A DNA stretch of 64,000 nt from Octopus sinensis (Eukaryota): NCBI RefSeq assembly GCF_006345805.1, contig NC_043020.1, positions 26,536,001-26,600,000 of the forward strand. Direction: 5' to 3'. Below, piece after piece: positions 1 to 12,827 of the stretch. The notes below the pieces were generated by a model, which saw only the letters and a program-made list of their open reading frames with translations, had not been told where the DNA came from and ran no database searches. Made by a program: the position numbers and the translations under genes. The stretch's first letter is position 1. Every line of letters starts with the position of its first letter.

Positions 1-43
<43 letters not shown>

Positions 44-384
44 TGAATGTAATGTGTGTGATTGTATGTATGTGTATTCATATGTATATATGTGTTTGTG
101 TGTGTATGTATGTGTGTGTTACATCCCTCCTGTTTACTCGTTCTTACCATTGTTGACATTTACCAAAATTGGTCACCACCATTCCTTGCAGCAGTATCAG
201 CACCACTCCCTCTACCATCTCCCCACCACCACATCCGCAAATGGTATCACTATTTCTGCAACCACTACATCCACCATCACTATGGTAACCAACATTCCTA
301 CCACCACTGCCACCACCACCACCACCACCGCAAATAGTATCACTATTTCTGCAACCACTACAACCACCGTCACTATGGTCATAG

Positions 385-608
385 CTATTTCTTTACTACC
401 CAGAAGGGGCTAAACACAGAGGGGACAAACAAGGGCATTAAGTCGATTACATTGACCCCAGTGCATAACTGGTGCTTAATTTATCGACCCCGAAAGGATG
501 AAAAGCAAAGTTGACCTCGGCGGAATTTGAACTCAGAACGTAACGGCAGAAGAAATACGGCTACGCATTTCGCCCGGTGCGCTAATGTTTCTGCCAGCTC
601 GCCGCCTT
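385..608 (-). mobile_element. tRNA-derived SINE, family B (MetaSINE-like central domain)
   Basis: Minus strand reads GGCGGCGAGCTGGCAGAAAC... B-box GAGTTCAAATTCC, then CTTTCATCCTTTCGGGGTCGATAAATTAAG, then tail AAAGAAATAG; many copies in window. Confidence 0.85.
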
Positions 609-696
609 CACTATGGTCATACCATTCCTACCACTGCCACCACCACCACCACCGTTAGGATGCCACCACTATTACCACTACCATTACCATTATACT

Positions 697-925
697 AGCA
701 CTCCGTCGGTGATGGCAACGAGGGTTCCAGTTGATCCGATCAATGGAAATTAACGTGAAATTAGCGTGCAAGTGGCTGAGTATTCCACAGACACACTCAC
801 CCTTAACGTAGTTCCCAGTCAGGGAGATTCAGTGCAACACAGAGTGTGACATAACTGGCCCTTTGAATTACAGGTACTATCCACTTTTGTCAACTGAGTG
901 GACTGGAGCGACATGAACTAAAGTA
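697..925 (-). mobile_element. SINE fragment: 3' module shared with 45102-45290, joined to family-E body
   Basis: GCACTCCGTCGGT...GAGGGTTCCAGTTGATCCG...TACAGGTAC matches 45106-45287; followed by CTGAGTGGACTGGAGC as at 5850 and 35837. Confidence 0.7.
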
Positions 926-1427
926 CTGAATCCATAATGAGGATTGCCCCGTCGACCTCCTTTAGCCGGGAGGGCAAGGAAGTTTTCCTTTGCCTAGTGG
1001 CTGAAGTGAAAGAGGTGATATGGTGGATCTGTTTGAAAGGGCTAAGGTCAGACACTTTCCTTTTTGGCCAAGGCCTCATCAACTTTTTCAAGTTTCCCTT
1101 GAAAAGGAAGATGATAGTAGAGAGGGAAGTGATGTTTGGTAGCAAGTTTATTGAAAGGTGGGCGAATGTCGCAAGAATGGAGAAAGGGGCTCTCTACCCT
1201 CCTTTTGACCAGGCTCCCATGGCTTTTATGGGGTTTTTCCATGAGTAATCTTTTGAAGTGCCTCCCCCTATTGAGAGTTTTAATTGTTACTTATTTTTCG
1301 TTGTCATCCTGCTTTTGTACACGGACCTTTTTCAAACGGACGAAACCTTTTGTAACTTTCGTCCTGTGTTTTGTCCCTTTATGTTTTAATTGATTTTTGT
1401 TAGCCCTTGTGGCCAATAAACGAATTA

Positions 1428-1458
<31 letters not shown>
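925..1458 (+). mobile_element. 3' fragment of non-LTR retrotransposon (Tx1/L1-like ORF2 C-terminus, 3' UTR and (TTA)n tail)
   Basis: ORF 937-1248 LVAEVKEVIWW...FIERW resembles Tx1/L1 ORF2 ends; T-rich UTR, AATAAA at ~1415, then (TTA)n. Confidence 0.5.
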
Positions 1459-1460
<2 letters not shown>

Positions 1461-1817
1461 TACCCTGCCTTAGCGGAGGTATTGTTTCCAGTAGTGTTTG
1501 TATGTTTGTCCATGGACAAGCTATCTTGAGCACCGCTGGATAGATTTGGATGAAACTTTCAAGGATGTTTGGCCCCATGACTGGGACGAACTGATTAGAT
1601 TTTGGGATCGATCCGTTACCGGACAAGGATTCTGGATTATTTTTCCTGTTCTCTTTTTTCTTTAATTTTTGAGAGTGGCTGGGTTCATTTTTAGTATTCT
1701 CATTTGTGAGAGCAGTCGAGTTTATCTCAGATATTCTCATTTTAAAAATCATCTCTGGCTAATCATTGAGTGGATGTTGGTGTTGCCTTGGCACAGGTTT
1801 GCATTCTCTGAGTGCTC

Positions 1818-1822
<5 letters not shown>
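1459..1822 (+). mobile_element. Helentron-derived non-autonomous element (HINE/DINE-1-like)
   Basis: 5' TTACCCTGCC..GCGGAGGT subterminal inverted repeat, internal GATTTGGATGAAACTT motif, 3' stem-loop GCATTCTCTGAGTGC, inserted in (TTA)n. Confidence 0.65.
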
Positions 1823-1854
<32 letters not shown>

Positions 1855-1856
<2 letters not shown>

Positions 1857-2030
1857 GGTGATGAGCTGTCAGAATCATTAGAGCATTGGACGAATTGCTT
1901 AATGGTATTTTACCCTTCGCTGTGTTCTGAGTTAAAATTCCGCTGACGTCAACTTTGCTTTTCATCCTTTCGGAGTTGATAAATTCAGTTCCAGTTATGT
2001 ACTGGGGTCGATGTAATCGACTTAATCCTT
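1855..2030 (+). mobile_element. SINE family B, diverged
   Basis: GAGCTGTCAGAATCATTAG...TTCTGAGTTAAAATTCC...TTTCATCCTTTCGGAGTTGATAAA. Confidence 0.75.
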
Positions 2031-2035
2031 TCCAC

Positions 2036-2600
2036 AATGTTATATGGTGCAAAGATGTAGGGGCAAAGAGATGTGGAAAGGAGGTGACTAGATGTGTTTT
2101 GAGGTGAGATGTTGGGAGGCTTTGGCTGGTGTGACACGGTTGGACAGGATGAGGAATGAAGAGGTGCGAAGGCAAGCAGGAATGAGGGAAAATCTAACAA
2201 CCGAAATGGGTAGACGAATGTTGAGGTGGTTTGGCCACATGGAGAGGATGGATGAGGAGTGGATGGTAAGGAGGGTGATGAAGGTAGAAGTGGTTGGCAG
2301 TAGAACCAGAGGCAGACCTCGGTTTGTGTGGAAGGATGGAGTGAGGAAAGGTTGGAGAATGTTTGTGGACGGATGAGTGAAGTCGATGTTGCTCAAAGGG
2401 GCACGGAACCAGGATGATGTGGCGAAGGCAAACCAGCATATGCTGTCGGGCCCTGCTGCTGATATTGGGGGTTGCATTCTCTACCTTGACCCGAGCATAG
2501 AATGGGGCCCACCACTTTGAGCTGGGAAATGAATGGAATGCCTGGGGTGTATGTTTTGTTGTTGCTACCCCCTCCGAAAAAATGGGGAATAGGCCTGGGT
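2036..2600 (+). mobile_element. RTE-clade LINE 3' fragment (ORF C-terminus and UTR)
   Basis: ORF 2092-2376 has RTE C-terminal motifs DRMRNEEVR, LRWFGHMERM, RGRPRFVWKD. Confidence 0.85.
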
Positions 2601-2729
2601 ATATATAACCTTAAGGGTTAAAAAATAGGGAAGGAGTACATTGAATGTGTCCGTAACTTAGCAGTTTGTCAAAAACGACTGATAGAATATGTACTGGGCT
2701 TGAAAAAAAAAATGGTACTGAGGTTAGTT

Positions 2730-3299
2730 CTTTTGTTCTTTTACTTGTTTTAGTCATTTGACTGTGGCCATACTGGAGCACTGCTTTAAGGGGATTTCAG
2801 TTGAAAAAAATCAACCCCAGGACTTATTCTTTGTAAGACTGGTACTTTCTCTATCAGTGTCTTTTGCTGAACTGCTAAGTTACAGGGACGTAAACAGACC
2901 AACATCAGTTGTCAAGCCATAGTGTGTGTGTGTGGGGGGGGCAGACACAGACACACACGAATATGCATATATATATATATCACGTGATCACGTGACCGAC
3001 CAGACCATCAAATGTTTTACACATTGCTGGTCACAATGCGTTCGCATTGTTTTAGCCTTCGAATGACGCCATCCCGCTGGCTAAGCGAGCAGGCCAACAG
3101 TAGAAAGAGTGGGAGAAAGAATGGTGAAAGAGTACAACAGGGGTTGCCACCACCCTCCCTGCCGGAGCATCATGGAGCTTTTTTAGGTGTTTTTGCTCAA
3201 TAAACACTCACAACGCCTGGTCTGGGAATCAAAACCGTGATCCTACGACTGCAAGTCCGCTGCCCTAACCATTAGGCCATTGCGCCTCCACACACACAC

Positions 3300-3330
<31 letters not shown>

Positions 3331-3495
3331 TACACACACACATGATGAGCTTCTTTCAGTTTCCATCTACCAAATCCACTGACACGGCCTGAGGCTATAG
3401 TAGAAGACACTTGTCCAAGGTGCCATGCTGAGGAACTGAACCCAGAACCATGTAGTTGGGAAGCAAGCTTCTTACCACAGCCACCACGCCTGCAC
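2730..3495 (-). mobile_element. tRNA-derived SINE family A with nested family-D SINE
   Basis: Family A tail (2730-2960) and head (3345-3495) split at the internal microsatellite by a family-D copy. Confidence 0.8.
2980..3290 (-). mobile_element. tRNA-derived SINE family D
   Basis: Minus-strand head GGAGGCGCAATGGCCTAATGGTTAGGGCAGCGGAC...GGTTTTGATTCCC with A/B boxes; similar copy at 38086-38394. Confidence 0.8.
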
Positions 3496-3599
3496 CATTT
3501 GACTAAATTCCTTCAAGGCGCTGTCCCAGAATGGTTGCAGTCTAATGACTCAAACAAGAAAAGGATAAAAGCAAAACTGGACCCCCACCTCTACCTTAC

Positions 3600-4125
3600 A
3601 AAGTCTTGTTGATTACCTTCTTTAACACCAATCCACTTTAGACCACCATGTCTGCTCCCCGGGTAGCACTGAATTTCGGTCATCTAGAGTTTTGTGAGTG
3701 AAATTTAGTAGATAGTAAATGTGTAGAAATGGTGGTACCACTCTTGCTTTTGGGAGGCCTTTGTTAAAAGTACTTGGCAAAGCACTTCTGTGCCTTTAAT
3801 AGAATTCCAGTCTGTGGACAAATTCTTCACAGTTGTCTTGAGAAGCCCCTAAGATACCATTTCTGTTTTTGGGTAGTCTAAAGTCTTGTTGATTAACTAC
3901 TTTAACACCAATCCACTTTAGACCACCATGTCTGCTCCTTGGGTGGCACTGAATTTTGGTCATCTAGAGTTTTGTGAGTGAAATTTAGTAGATAGTAAAT
4001 GGGAGGCCTTTGTTAAAAGTACTTAGCAAAGCACTTCTTTGCCTTTAATAGAATTCCAGTCTGTGTACAAATTCTTCACAATGGTCTTGAGAAGCCCCTA
4101 AGACACTATTTCTGTTTTTGGGTAC
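3600..4125. repeat. Local tandem duplication, ~280 bp period
   Basis: AAGTCTTGTTGATTA...CCAATCCACTTTAGACCACCATG at 3601 and 3881; second unit lacks ~30 bp; degenerate third unit to ~4265. Confidence 0.9.
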
Positions 4126-5821
4126 TCAACATGATACCAGTCTTGCAGGCCCAAAAGCACTATTTTTGTTTTTTGGATCGTTTATGTTTAAGAAACCCAA
4201 CATGGCACTTGTGTATAGAGTTCCAGTCTGTAACCAATTTCTTCCTGCAATTCTTGGAGGCATTGAGAAAAATAAAAGTTCATATGTAGCATTTTCTTTC
4301 CTCTTTTTGCTAAACCATAAAAATAAAATAAAAATCGAAAAAAAAATCGACTGCTTTTCCTTCAATGGGGCCCCCACATTCAGCCCGACAATAGCTTCCT
4401 CTGTTAGACAAAAATAAAAATTAAAAAAATCCTAAAAAATTCCAACTAAATGCAACAGTAGTTAAACCTCCCTCAACAAGTCCCTTCTTATCTTCTTTAA
4501 TAGTGACACCACAAGATCCCAACAATGGAATCTCTGTTGAACAGATAAACCATCTCAATGAAACAGCCAGTCGGGTGGTGAAGGGGTGGACTGTGTTTTG
4601 GCTTTAAAGAACTTCTCGCCCTTATCTTCAATCCTGCATGGTTCCACCCTGTCTTTGGCAGTGGTATCTTTGGTATAAAAACCCACCTTCTGTAGTTTTA
4701 TGTGAGAACTCTTCTGCTCCATAAAAACTTATATTCTACAGAATGTTCGTTTAACACACCAATTAAGTAATATGTTTTTTAATTAACATTAATTACTCTT
4801 TGGATAACGCAGCAAAATAAGTTGATAAAAGTACCAGGCATTTACTGGGGGGTGTCTCATTCGACTAAAACCCTTCTAGGAAGTGCCCCAGTCCGAAGAA
4901 TTGTATACATGTAGTCTTTTATTTTTTTATTTGTTTCAGTCATTTGACTGTAGCCATGCTGGAGCACTGCCTTTAGTCGAGCAAATCTCTGCCCTGAATG
5001 CACTTATGATAAATAATAGATGTCATTGATCATAGGTCTGTTTTGTCAGGCCCAGCCTAGGGCTAAACAACCACCACCACCACCACTATGCTCTTATAGC
5101 TTCGCTAACAGATGGCGCTAGCAGTAACACTATCTTCTTGTCTGTTGTAGGACTGTAAGAGTGCCAGCAGTAACTCTATCCTTTTCCTGTTGCTGTGCTT
5201 GACTGACAGAGGCCTTGCCTCTCCTTCTCAGTCTGACAGCTGGGTGTTGAAAGCACCACTTTCATCTCTTTAGTCACTCACAGAGGGCGCTAACTGACAA
5301 CTCACAACACAAATTCCCTCCAATTTTAATTTTTTTTTTTCCTCCTATTTTTTTTTTTATGTTAGTAACTGGGTGTTAACAGCATTGCCTCTCCTTCTTC
5401 TCCGACAGAGGGCGCTACCAGCAACACTTTCTCTCTCTTTATTCCTTGACACAAGGAGATTATAGTTGAACTCTCAAATAATGATCAAGTGTATAGTATT
5501 GTAGCCTTAAGAGCCATCTCTAAATTAACACTGTGTTTGTGTGTGTATGTGTGTGTGTGTGTGTAATTCAATGTATCGTTTATCTTGTACTTGTTTCAGT
5601 CATTAGACTGTGGCCATGCTGGGGCACAGCTGTGAATTTTTAGTTGACTGAATCGATGCCAGTACTCATTTTTAAAACCCCCGGTACTTATTCTATCAGT
5701 TTCTTTTGCTGGACTGCTAAGTTATAGGGATGCAAACCCACCAACACCAACTGTCAAGCAGAGCTGGGGAACAAACACAGACACAAAGGCACACATGTAG
5801 ATATATCTCTTTTACTTTTAC

Positions 5822-5985
5822 AGTCCATTGCAGCGTTACTCATTTTTGCCTGCTGATTGGACTGGAGCAACGTGAAATGAAGTGTTTTGCTCAAGAACAC
5901 AACGCGTAGCCCGGCCCAGGAATCGAAACCACAATCTTACAATCATGATGCTGACACCCTAACCACTAAGTCACGTGCCTCCACA
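5822..5985 (-). mobile_element. tRNA-derived SINE family E (5' part)
   Basis: Minus-strand head GGAGGCACGTGACTTAGTGGTTAGGG...GGTTTCGATTCCTGG; similar copy at 35720-35967. Confidence 0.75.
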
Positions 5986-6167
5986 CAGAGAAATATTACC
6001 TTGTTTGAAAACAAGTGAGGGTTGGGGAGAGGAAAGGCATCCAACTGTACATAATCTGCCTTTTAGTAAACTCCATCTGACCCATGCAAGCATGGAATAA
6101 GGGACATAAAAATGATGATAATATCTCTGTGTGTGTGTATGGACATATTCAGTACAATGTATATATA

Positions 6168-6334
6168 TACTGTATTTTAACGTGTATAAGGAAGCCCCTT
6201 GATTTTGGGGCCTTAAAATTTGGAAAGAAGGTTTTGTAAAGGATTTTAATACTATCCATGTATAAGAAGCTCCCATATTTTCTTAACCTAATTTTTGACA
6301 AAGTAGGGTTCCTTATACACGCTTAAATATGGTA
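6168..6334. mobile_element. Tc1/pogo-like MITE
   Basis: Terminal inverted repeats TACTGTATTTTAACGTGTATAAGGAA / TTCCTTATACACGCTTAAATATGGTA, TA ends. Confidence 0.7.
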
Positions 6335-6400
6335 TGAATATATATATATATATGTATATATATATGTATATGTGTATATATATATATATGTATATATATA

Positions 6401-6443
<43 letters not shown>

Positions 6444-6481
6444 GTATATGTGTATATATATATATATGTATATATATATGT

Positions 6482-6513
<32 letters not shown>

Positions 6514-6601
6514 GTATATGTATAATATATATATAATATGTATGTATATGTCTATAATATATATGTATATGTGTATATATATATATATATGTATGTATGT
6601 G

Positions 6602-6633
<32 letters not shown>

Positions 6634-6678
6634 TATGTCTATATATATATATGTATATATGTATGTATATGTCTATAT

Positions 6679-7100
6679 ATCATCATCGTCATTTAACGTC
6701 CGTTCTCCATGCTAGCATGGGTTGGACGGTTCGATCGGGGTTCTGGGAAGCCAGAAGGCTGCACCAGGCTCCAGTCTAATTTGGCAATGTTTCTACAGCT
6801 GGATGCCCTTCCTAACGCCAACCACTCCGTGAGTGTAGTGGGTGCTTTTTACGTGCCACCTGCACAGGTGCCAGGCGGGACTGGCAACGGCCACGGTCAG
6901 ATTGGTGTATTTTATGTGCCACCGGCACGGAAGCCAGTCGAGGCGGTGCTGGCATCGGCCACGAGTCGGATAGTGCTTTTTACGTACCACCAGACCAGGG
7001 ATCCTGGCTGGTTCAATTCGATTTCGATTTCGCTTGCCCCAACATGTCTTCACAAGCAAAGGGGGTTGGCAAGGGTGCCTGTCGTACGGTCGCATTGGAG
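6679..7100 (-). mobile_element. SINE family C ((GAT)n-tailed)
   Basis: Minus strand GGTTGGCGTTAGGAAGGGCATCCAGCTGTAGAAA...GGACGTTAAATGA(C/T)GATGATG; many copies. Confidence 0.8.
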
Positions 7101-7420
7101 TATTTTACGTATATATATATATATATGTATGTATATGTATATATATGTGTGTATGTATGTGTGTTAACCACAATTTATAAATATTTGTTAGCTTATCTAA
7201 CATGATGTATGTATACGTGTGTTAATGTAATTAACACACTGTGTAAAAGTATTTAACCGTGTATATGTTATATTTAGCAATGTGTGTGTATAGATATATG
7301 TTAATGTATTTAACATATAAAAAAAGCCTAAATATCTAATTAGATATACATTAGCTCTGCAAGTTAACCATATTTTTTAAAACTTTGTTTATATAATAGG
7401 GTATATATATATATATATAT

Positions 7421-7769
7421 ATTAAAGCAGTTGTCTGTGTGTCTGTTAGGTTGTACCCTCACTCTGACCACGGCTTCAACCGATTCTGATGAAACTTGAC
7501 ACACACATAGCCAATGTCATAATTCAAAACTAACACAGCGAAAATTTTGAAAAGTTCCCCCGTTCTGAAAAAAATCGATAAATTCGACATGGGGTCGAGA
7601 ATCAGAAACCCAAACACAGACCGTCTAGGGGACGCAACGCACCTTTTTTAACTCTCAAAAAAATTACCATCATTTTTTTCATTTTTTTGCCTATTTTTTG
7701 GCTATAACTCTCTAAAAATGCTTTATAGTTATGTCCCTTACAAACTGAGCAACGCGGGCGATACTATAG
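7421..7769 (+). mobile_element. Non-autonomous Helitron
   Basis: Near-identical inverted copy at 17026-17406; internal CCGATTCTGATGAAACTT; 3' GAGCAACGCGGGCGATACT-TAGT end. Confidence 0.75.
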
Positions 7770-7880
7770 TAATATATATAGTGTGTATACACATACATAC
7801 ATGCAGAAGTATATAGGGAAACCGATACTTTTTTGCACCGGGTTCTTTCCATTTGTATGAGTGTGTATAAATATATACTG

Positions 7881-8288
7881 TTTTACTCTCTTTTACCTGT
7901 TTCAGTCATTTGACTGCGGCCATGCTGGAGCACCGCCTTTAGTCGAGCAAATCGACCCCCGGGACTTATTCTTTGTAAGCCCAGTACTTATTCTATCGGT
8001 CTCTTTTGCCGAACCGCTAAGTGACGGGGACGTAAAACACACCAGCATCGGTTGTCAAGCAATGCTAGGGGGACAAACACAGACACACAAACATATACAC
8101 ACCACACACACACACTTATATATATATACATATATACGACAGGCTTCTTTCAGTTCCGTCTACCCAATCCATCACAAGGCATTGGTCGGCCCGGGGCTAT
8201 AGCAGAAGACACTTGCCCAAGATGCCACGCAGTGGGACTGAACCCGGAACCATGTGGTTGGTTAGCAAGCTACTTACCACACAGCCAT
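7881..8288 (-). mobile_element. SINE family A, full length
   Basis: Minus-strand head TGGCTGTGTGGTAAG (A box), GGTTCAGTCCC (B box), TTGGGCAAGTGTCTT, internal microsatellite, tail GACTGAAACAGGTAAAAGAG. Confidence 0.9.
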
Positions 8289-9805
8289 ATATTTTTCTTT
8301 TATTCTTTTTCTTGTTTCAGTTATTTGACTGTGGCCATGCTGGAGCCCCTGCAACATAGCATTTTGGCAAAAGACACTGATAGAATAAGTACGAGGCTTA
8401 CAAAGAATAAATCCTGGGGCCGATTTGTTTGACTAAAGACGGCGCTCCAGCATGGCCACAGTCAAATTACTGAAACAAATAAAAGAGTAAAAGAAAGAAC
8501 ATGTGTGTGTATGTTGTGTGTGGATCTAGAGTCAATTAAGTGCAGTACACCAAGGAACCACATGAAATGAAAGAATGAAAGGTCTTGCTCAAGAACACAA
8601 CACACTGCTTGGTCTGGGAACTGAAACCATGAGATGGCAATCACGAATGCAGCACCGCTAACCGCTAGGCCATGTGCTTTCACCTCTCCCCTCACCAAAT
8701 GACACCACATTTACTTTGATTGATGTCCCATATTTTGTATGAAAAGTTGATAGAAAAACTTTGATAATTAAAACCTCCAAGAGAGATGACATTGCAAGAA
8801 TCATTGTAGTTTTCCTAACGATGTTACACGTTCCATTGTTATTAGTGAAGTAAGATGACAATTAAACAGGTCGTTATACTGAACGCATTTATTAACTAAA
8901 TAAATTGCAATATATGGTTAATCACTGCAAAATACATTACACTATCAAAGAAATCATTAAAGCAAATTAAATGATAATGGAAAAAGAAAGTCGTCGAAGT
9001 ACGTTTAAGGTCAAGTGCAATTATGAAAGTATTAATTAAAAAAATAAATAAAAGATTATTAATTACGACTTTAATGAAATAAAATTTAATATCAATTTAA
9101 AAGCCATCAAAGCCAAATTCTTCAATGTCACCGATGCCAAAATGGTCCTCTTGTTCCTGTTGCATCAACTTTTTTATTATTGTCTGCGTTCTTGAATGCT
9201 TCCCCTCTGTTTTGTCTTCTTGTTCTTAGTTGTCTTGGCCATTAGTCTGCGATTGGTCATCTTTGCTGCCTTTCACGTCACTCGATATTCCTGTCATCAG
9301 GAGAAACGTCATCACTATCACAGCTGTTATTGCCATCACCACCACCACCACCACCACCACCACCATCATTTTAGTGTGGGTCAGACAATGTGTTGAGTCA
9401 GATTTCCTATGACAGGCATCATCACAATCTCCACAACCACTATCATCCTCATCCTCATCCTCATCGTCGGCGTCATCATTGTCATCATCATAGTGTCTGC
9501 TTTTCCATTTTTGTATGGGGTCGGTCAGAATTCGTTGATGGAGATTTTGGCCAGATGTCCTTCTTGTCACCAGTCTTCACTCGTTTCCAAGCAAGTCAGT
9601 AATTTCCCTGTGACTGGACATGTTTTCTTGGAAGACTGGAAATGAATGATGCCATTCAAATTATGGTGACACTTGTTTACAGCCATCATACGATGTTAAG
9701 ACAAAGAGATATACTCTGTCTATCTGTCAGTCTCTCTCTCTCACTCACATATTTAGGCTGAGTAGTTGTGAGAAATACAAATTCATTATAGATAATAAAG
9801 AATAG

Positions 9806-10207
9806 TGCTTACCAACCACATGGTTCTGGGTTCAGTCCCACTGTGTGGCACTTTGGGCGAGTGTCTTCTGCTATAGCCCTGGGCTGACCAAAGCCTTGTG
9901 AGTGGATTTGGTAGATGGAAACTAAAAGAAACCCGCCGTATATATGTATATATATATATATATGTGTGTGGTGTGTGTGTGTATGTTGTTATGTCTGTGT
10001 TTGTCACCCCAACATCGCTTGACAACCGATGCTAGTGTGTTTACGTACCCCGTAACTTAGCGGTTCAGCAAAAGAGACCGATAGAATAAGTGCTAGGCTA
10101 ACAAAGAATAAGTCCTGGTGTCGATTTGCTCGACTAAATGCAGTGCTCCAGCATGGCCACAGTCAAATGACTGAAGGAAGCAAAAGAGAGTAAAAAAAGA
10201 AAGAGTA
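9806..10207 (+). mobile_element. SINE family A
   Basis: Same consensus as 7881-8288, slightly 5'-truncated. Confidence 0.88.
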
Positions 10208-10210
10208 TAT

Positions 10211-10448
10211 CATGATCATCATCATCATCATTTAACGTCCGCTTTCCATGCTAGCATGGGTTGGACGGTTCAACTGGGGTCTGTGAAGCCAGGAGGCTGC
10301 ACCAGGCTCCAGTCTTGATCTGGCAGTGTTTCTACAGCTGGATGCCCTTCCTAACGCCAACCACTCCGTGAGTATAGTGGGTACTTTTTACGTGCCACCT
10401 GCACAGGTGCCAGGCGAGGCTGGCAAATGGCCACGGTCGGATTGGTGC
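10211..10448 (-). mobile_element. SINE family C
   Basis: CATCATTTAACGTCCGCTTTCCATGCTAGCATGGG... consensus. Confidence 0.85.
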
Positions 10449-10960
10449 AGGTGTGGCTCTGTGGTAAGAAGCTTGCTTCCTAAGCACATGGTTCTGGTTT
10501 CAGTCCCAATGCATGGCACTTTGGGCAAGAATCTTGTAGTATAATCTCGGACCAACCATAACCTTGTGAGTGGATTTGGTAGATGAAGACAGGTGTGTAA
10601 ATAACAAACAGATGTATTAGTTTAATGCTTGGGAAGTGAGAAAGTCTTTTACATTTCAAGCCTATGCTCTTCATCAGAAAGGAACACAAAAATAAACAGG
10701 GAGAGAAAATAGAAAAGAAGTGTCTTTGTGTCTGTGTTTGTCTCCACAGCTGCTTGACAACCTGTGCTGGTTTGTTCATGTTACCGTAACTTAGCTGTTC
10801 AACAAAAGGGGCTGATAGAATAAATACCAGGCTTAAAAACAAAAAATTAATTTTTTTTTTCAAGTACTGAGGGGTTGATTCATGCTGCTCAAAATTCTTC
10901 AGGGTGATGCCCCAGCATGGCCAGGGTCCCAATGACTGCAACAAACAAAGGGTGAAAGAT
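10449..10960 (+). mobile_element. SINE family A, diverged, interrupted by a hammerhead-bearing insert (~10585-10722)
   Basis: Head 10449-10584, tail 10723-10960; unrelated sequence replaces the internal microsatellite. Confidence 0.75.
10646..10681 (-). ncRNA. Minimal type I hammerhead ribozyme motif, core intact
   Basis: Minus strand CUUU-CUGAUGA-A-GAGC(AUAG)GCUU-GAAA-UG-UA-AAAG: stem I CUUU/AAAG, stem II GAGC/GCUU, both core boxes, GUA cleavage triplet. Confidence 0.75.
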
Positions 10961-11199
10961 ACATATGTACATATGCTCTCTGTCTGTCTGTCTCTCTCTC
11001 TCAAATAAACATATCTATATATCTATGTATGTTTGTGTGTCAATGTCTGGTTGTGAGTTCTGTTGGCGTTTTGCAGCCTTTCACATTTGACCTATCACAA
11101 GACCCACAAGTCTCTCATTACAGGCAATCAGCCGACTTCCTGCATTTAATGAGCTGTCCATTTTGCCAGTTGAGGCCTTTGAGTCTGTGACTGGCTGAA

Positions 11200-11314
11200 T
11201 GAGTGTATACGTGTGTCTGTGTGTGTGTGTGTATATATATATATGTGTGTGTGTGTATGTATGTATGTAATATATATATATTATATATATATGTATATGT
11301 GTGTATGTATGTAA

Positions 11315-11360
<46 letters not shown>

Positions 11361-12080
11361 GTGTGTGTGTATGTATGCATCTGTGTGTGTATATATGCAT
11401 GTGTGTGTATATATGTGTGTGTATGCATGTGTGTATATATATGTGTGTGTGCATATGTCTATGTATGTATGACTGTGTATGTGTATGTGTGTGTTTGCGC
11501 ATAGATGTATATGTATGTATTTATGTGTATGTATGTGTGTGTATGTATATATATATGAGTGTGTATATGATGTATATGTAGATATGTATGTATCTTTATA
11601 TGTGTGTGTATATGTGTTATATTTATTTATATGTGTGTGTATATGTGTTATATTTATATATATGTGAGTATGTATGTGTATATGCATGAATGTGTGTGTG
11701 TATTTGATGTATGCATAGATATGTATGTGTATTTGTATATGTGTATGTATATATGTGTTCTCTCTATATATATATGTATGTATGTATCTATATCTTATAT
11801 GCATGCACAATCATGTGTGAGTGCAAGTGTGTGTATGGATGTGTGTTATTTAAATATGTCATGCCTGTGTGTGTGTGTGTATGAAAATACATATGTGTAT
11901 ATATGGATGTGAGTGGCTGAGTGCATGTGAACGCGTGGATGAAAATATATGCAAAGTATAGGAGTGAATGAAAATCTCCATCTATACTACACACCCACAT
12001 ACTCATACATAAACACTTAGAGGGGTGTGTGTGTGTGCGCATATGTATATGTGTGCACATGTGTGTGTGTGTGTATGTGA
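11200..12080. repeat. Compound (TA)n/(TG)n microsatellite field
   Basis: Direct inspection; source of the Y/I/H/T/C/V ORFs. Confidence 0.95.
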
Positions 12081-12318
12081 TATTTCTCTGTGGTTGTCCC
12101 TCCACCCACCTACCTGTCTCTCATTCTCTCGTTAATCTTTTTCCTCTCACCTCTTTCCCCACCCTGTCCCTCCCACCTAATTGTCCCCTAATAATTCTGT
12201 GAATGGGATTTGTTCCTTCCGAATTTAGCGGAATCTATTTCACAGGGAGGGCCAGTCAGTAGGGGACAGTTACTGACATTTTGAGTGCTTGCCATATATA
12301 TACATACATACATACATG

Positions 12319-12368
<50 letters not shown>

Positions 12369-12377
12369 GAGAGAGAG

Positions 12378-12546
12378 GTGTAAGAGTGGCTGTGTGGTAA
12401 GTAGCTTGCTTACGAACCACATGGTTCTGGGTTCAGTCCCACTGCGTGGCACCTTGGACAAGTGTCTTCTATATAGCCTCGGGCTGACCAAAGCCTTGTG
12501 AGTGGGTTTGGTAGACGGAAACTGAAAGAAGCCCGTCGTATATATG

Positions 12547-12577
<31 letters not shown>

Positions 12578-12786
12578 GTATGTGTGTGTTTGTGTGTCTG
12601 TTTGTCCCCCCAACATCGCTTGACAACTGATGTTGGTGTGTTTACGTCCCCGTAACTTAGCGGTTCGGCAAAAGAGACCGATAGAATAAGTACTAGGCTT
12701 ACAAAGAATAAGTCCTGGGGTCGATTTGCTCGACTACACGTGGTGGTCCAGCATGGCCACAGTCAAATGGATGAAACAGTTAAAGA

Positions 12787-12787
<1 letters not shown>
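12378..12787 (+). mobile_element. SINE family A, full length
   Basis: GAGTGGCTGTGTGGTAAGTAGC...GGTTCAGTCCC...GGCCACAGTCAAATG. Confidence 0.9.

Positions 12788-12822
<35 letters not shown>

Positions 12823-12827
<5 letters not shown>

Noticed and set aside
7486-7496. CTGATGAAAC as a hammerhead core (also 17301 on minus)
   Set aside because: No stem II or stem I; it is the conserved internal motif of the Helitron-derived element
9271-9303. Minus-strand CTGATGA...GAAA
   Set aside because: No complementary stems or cleavage triplet
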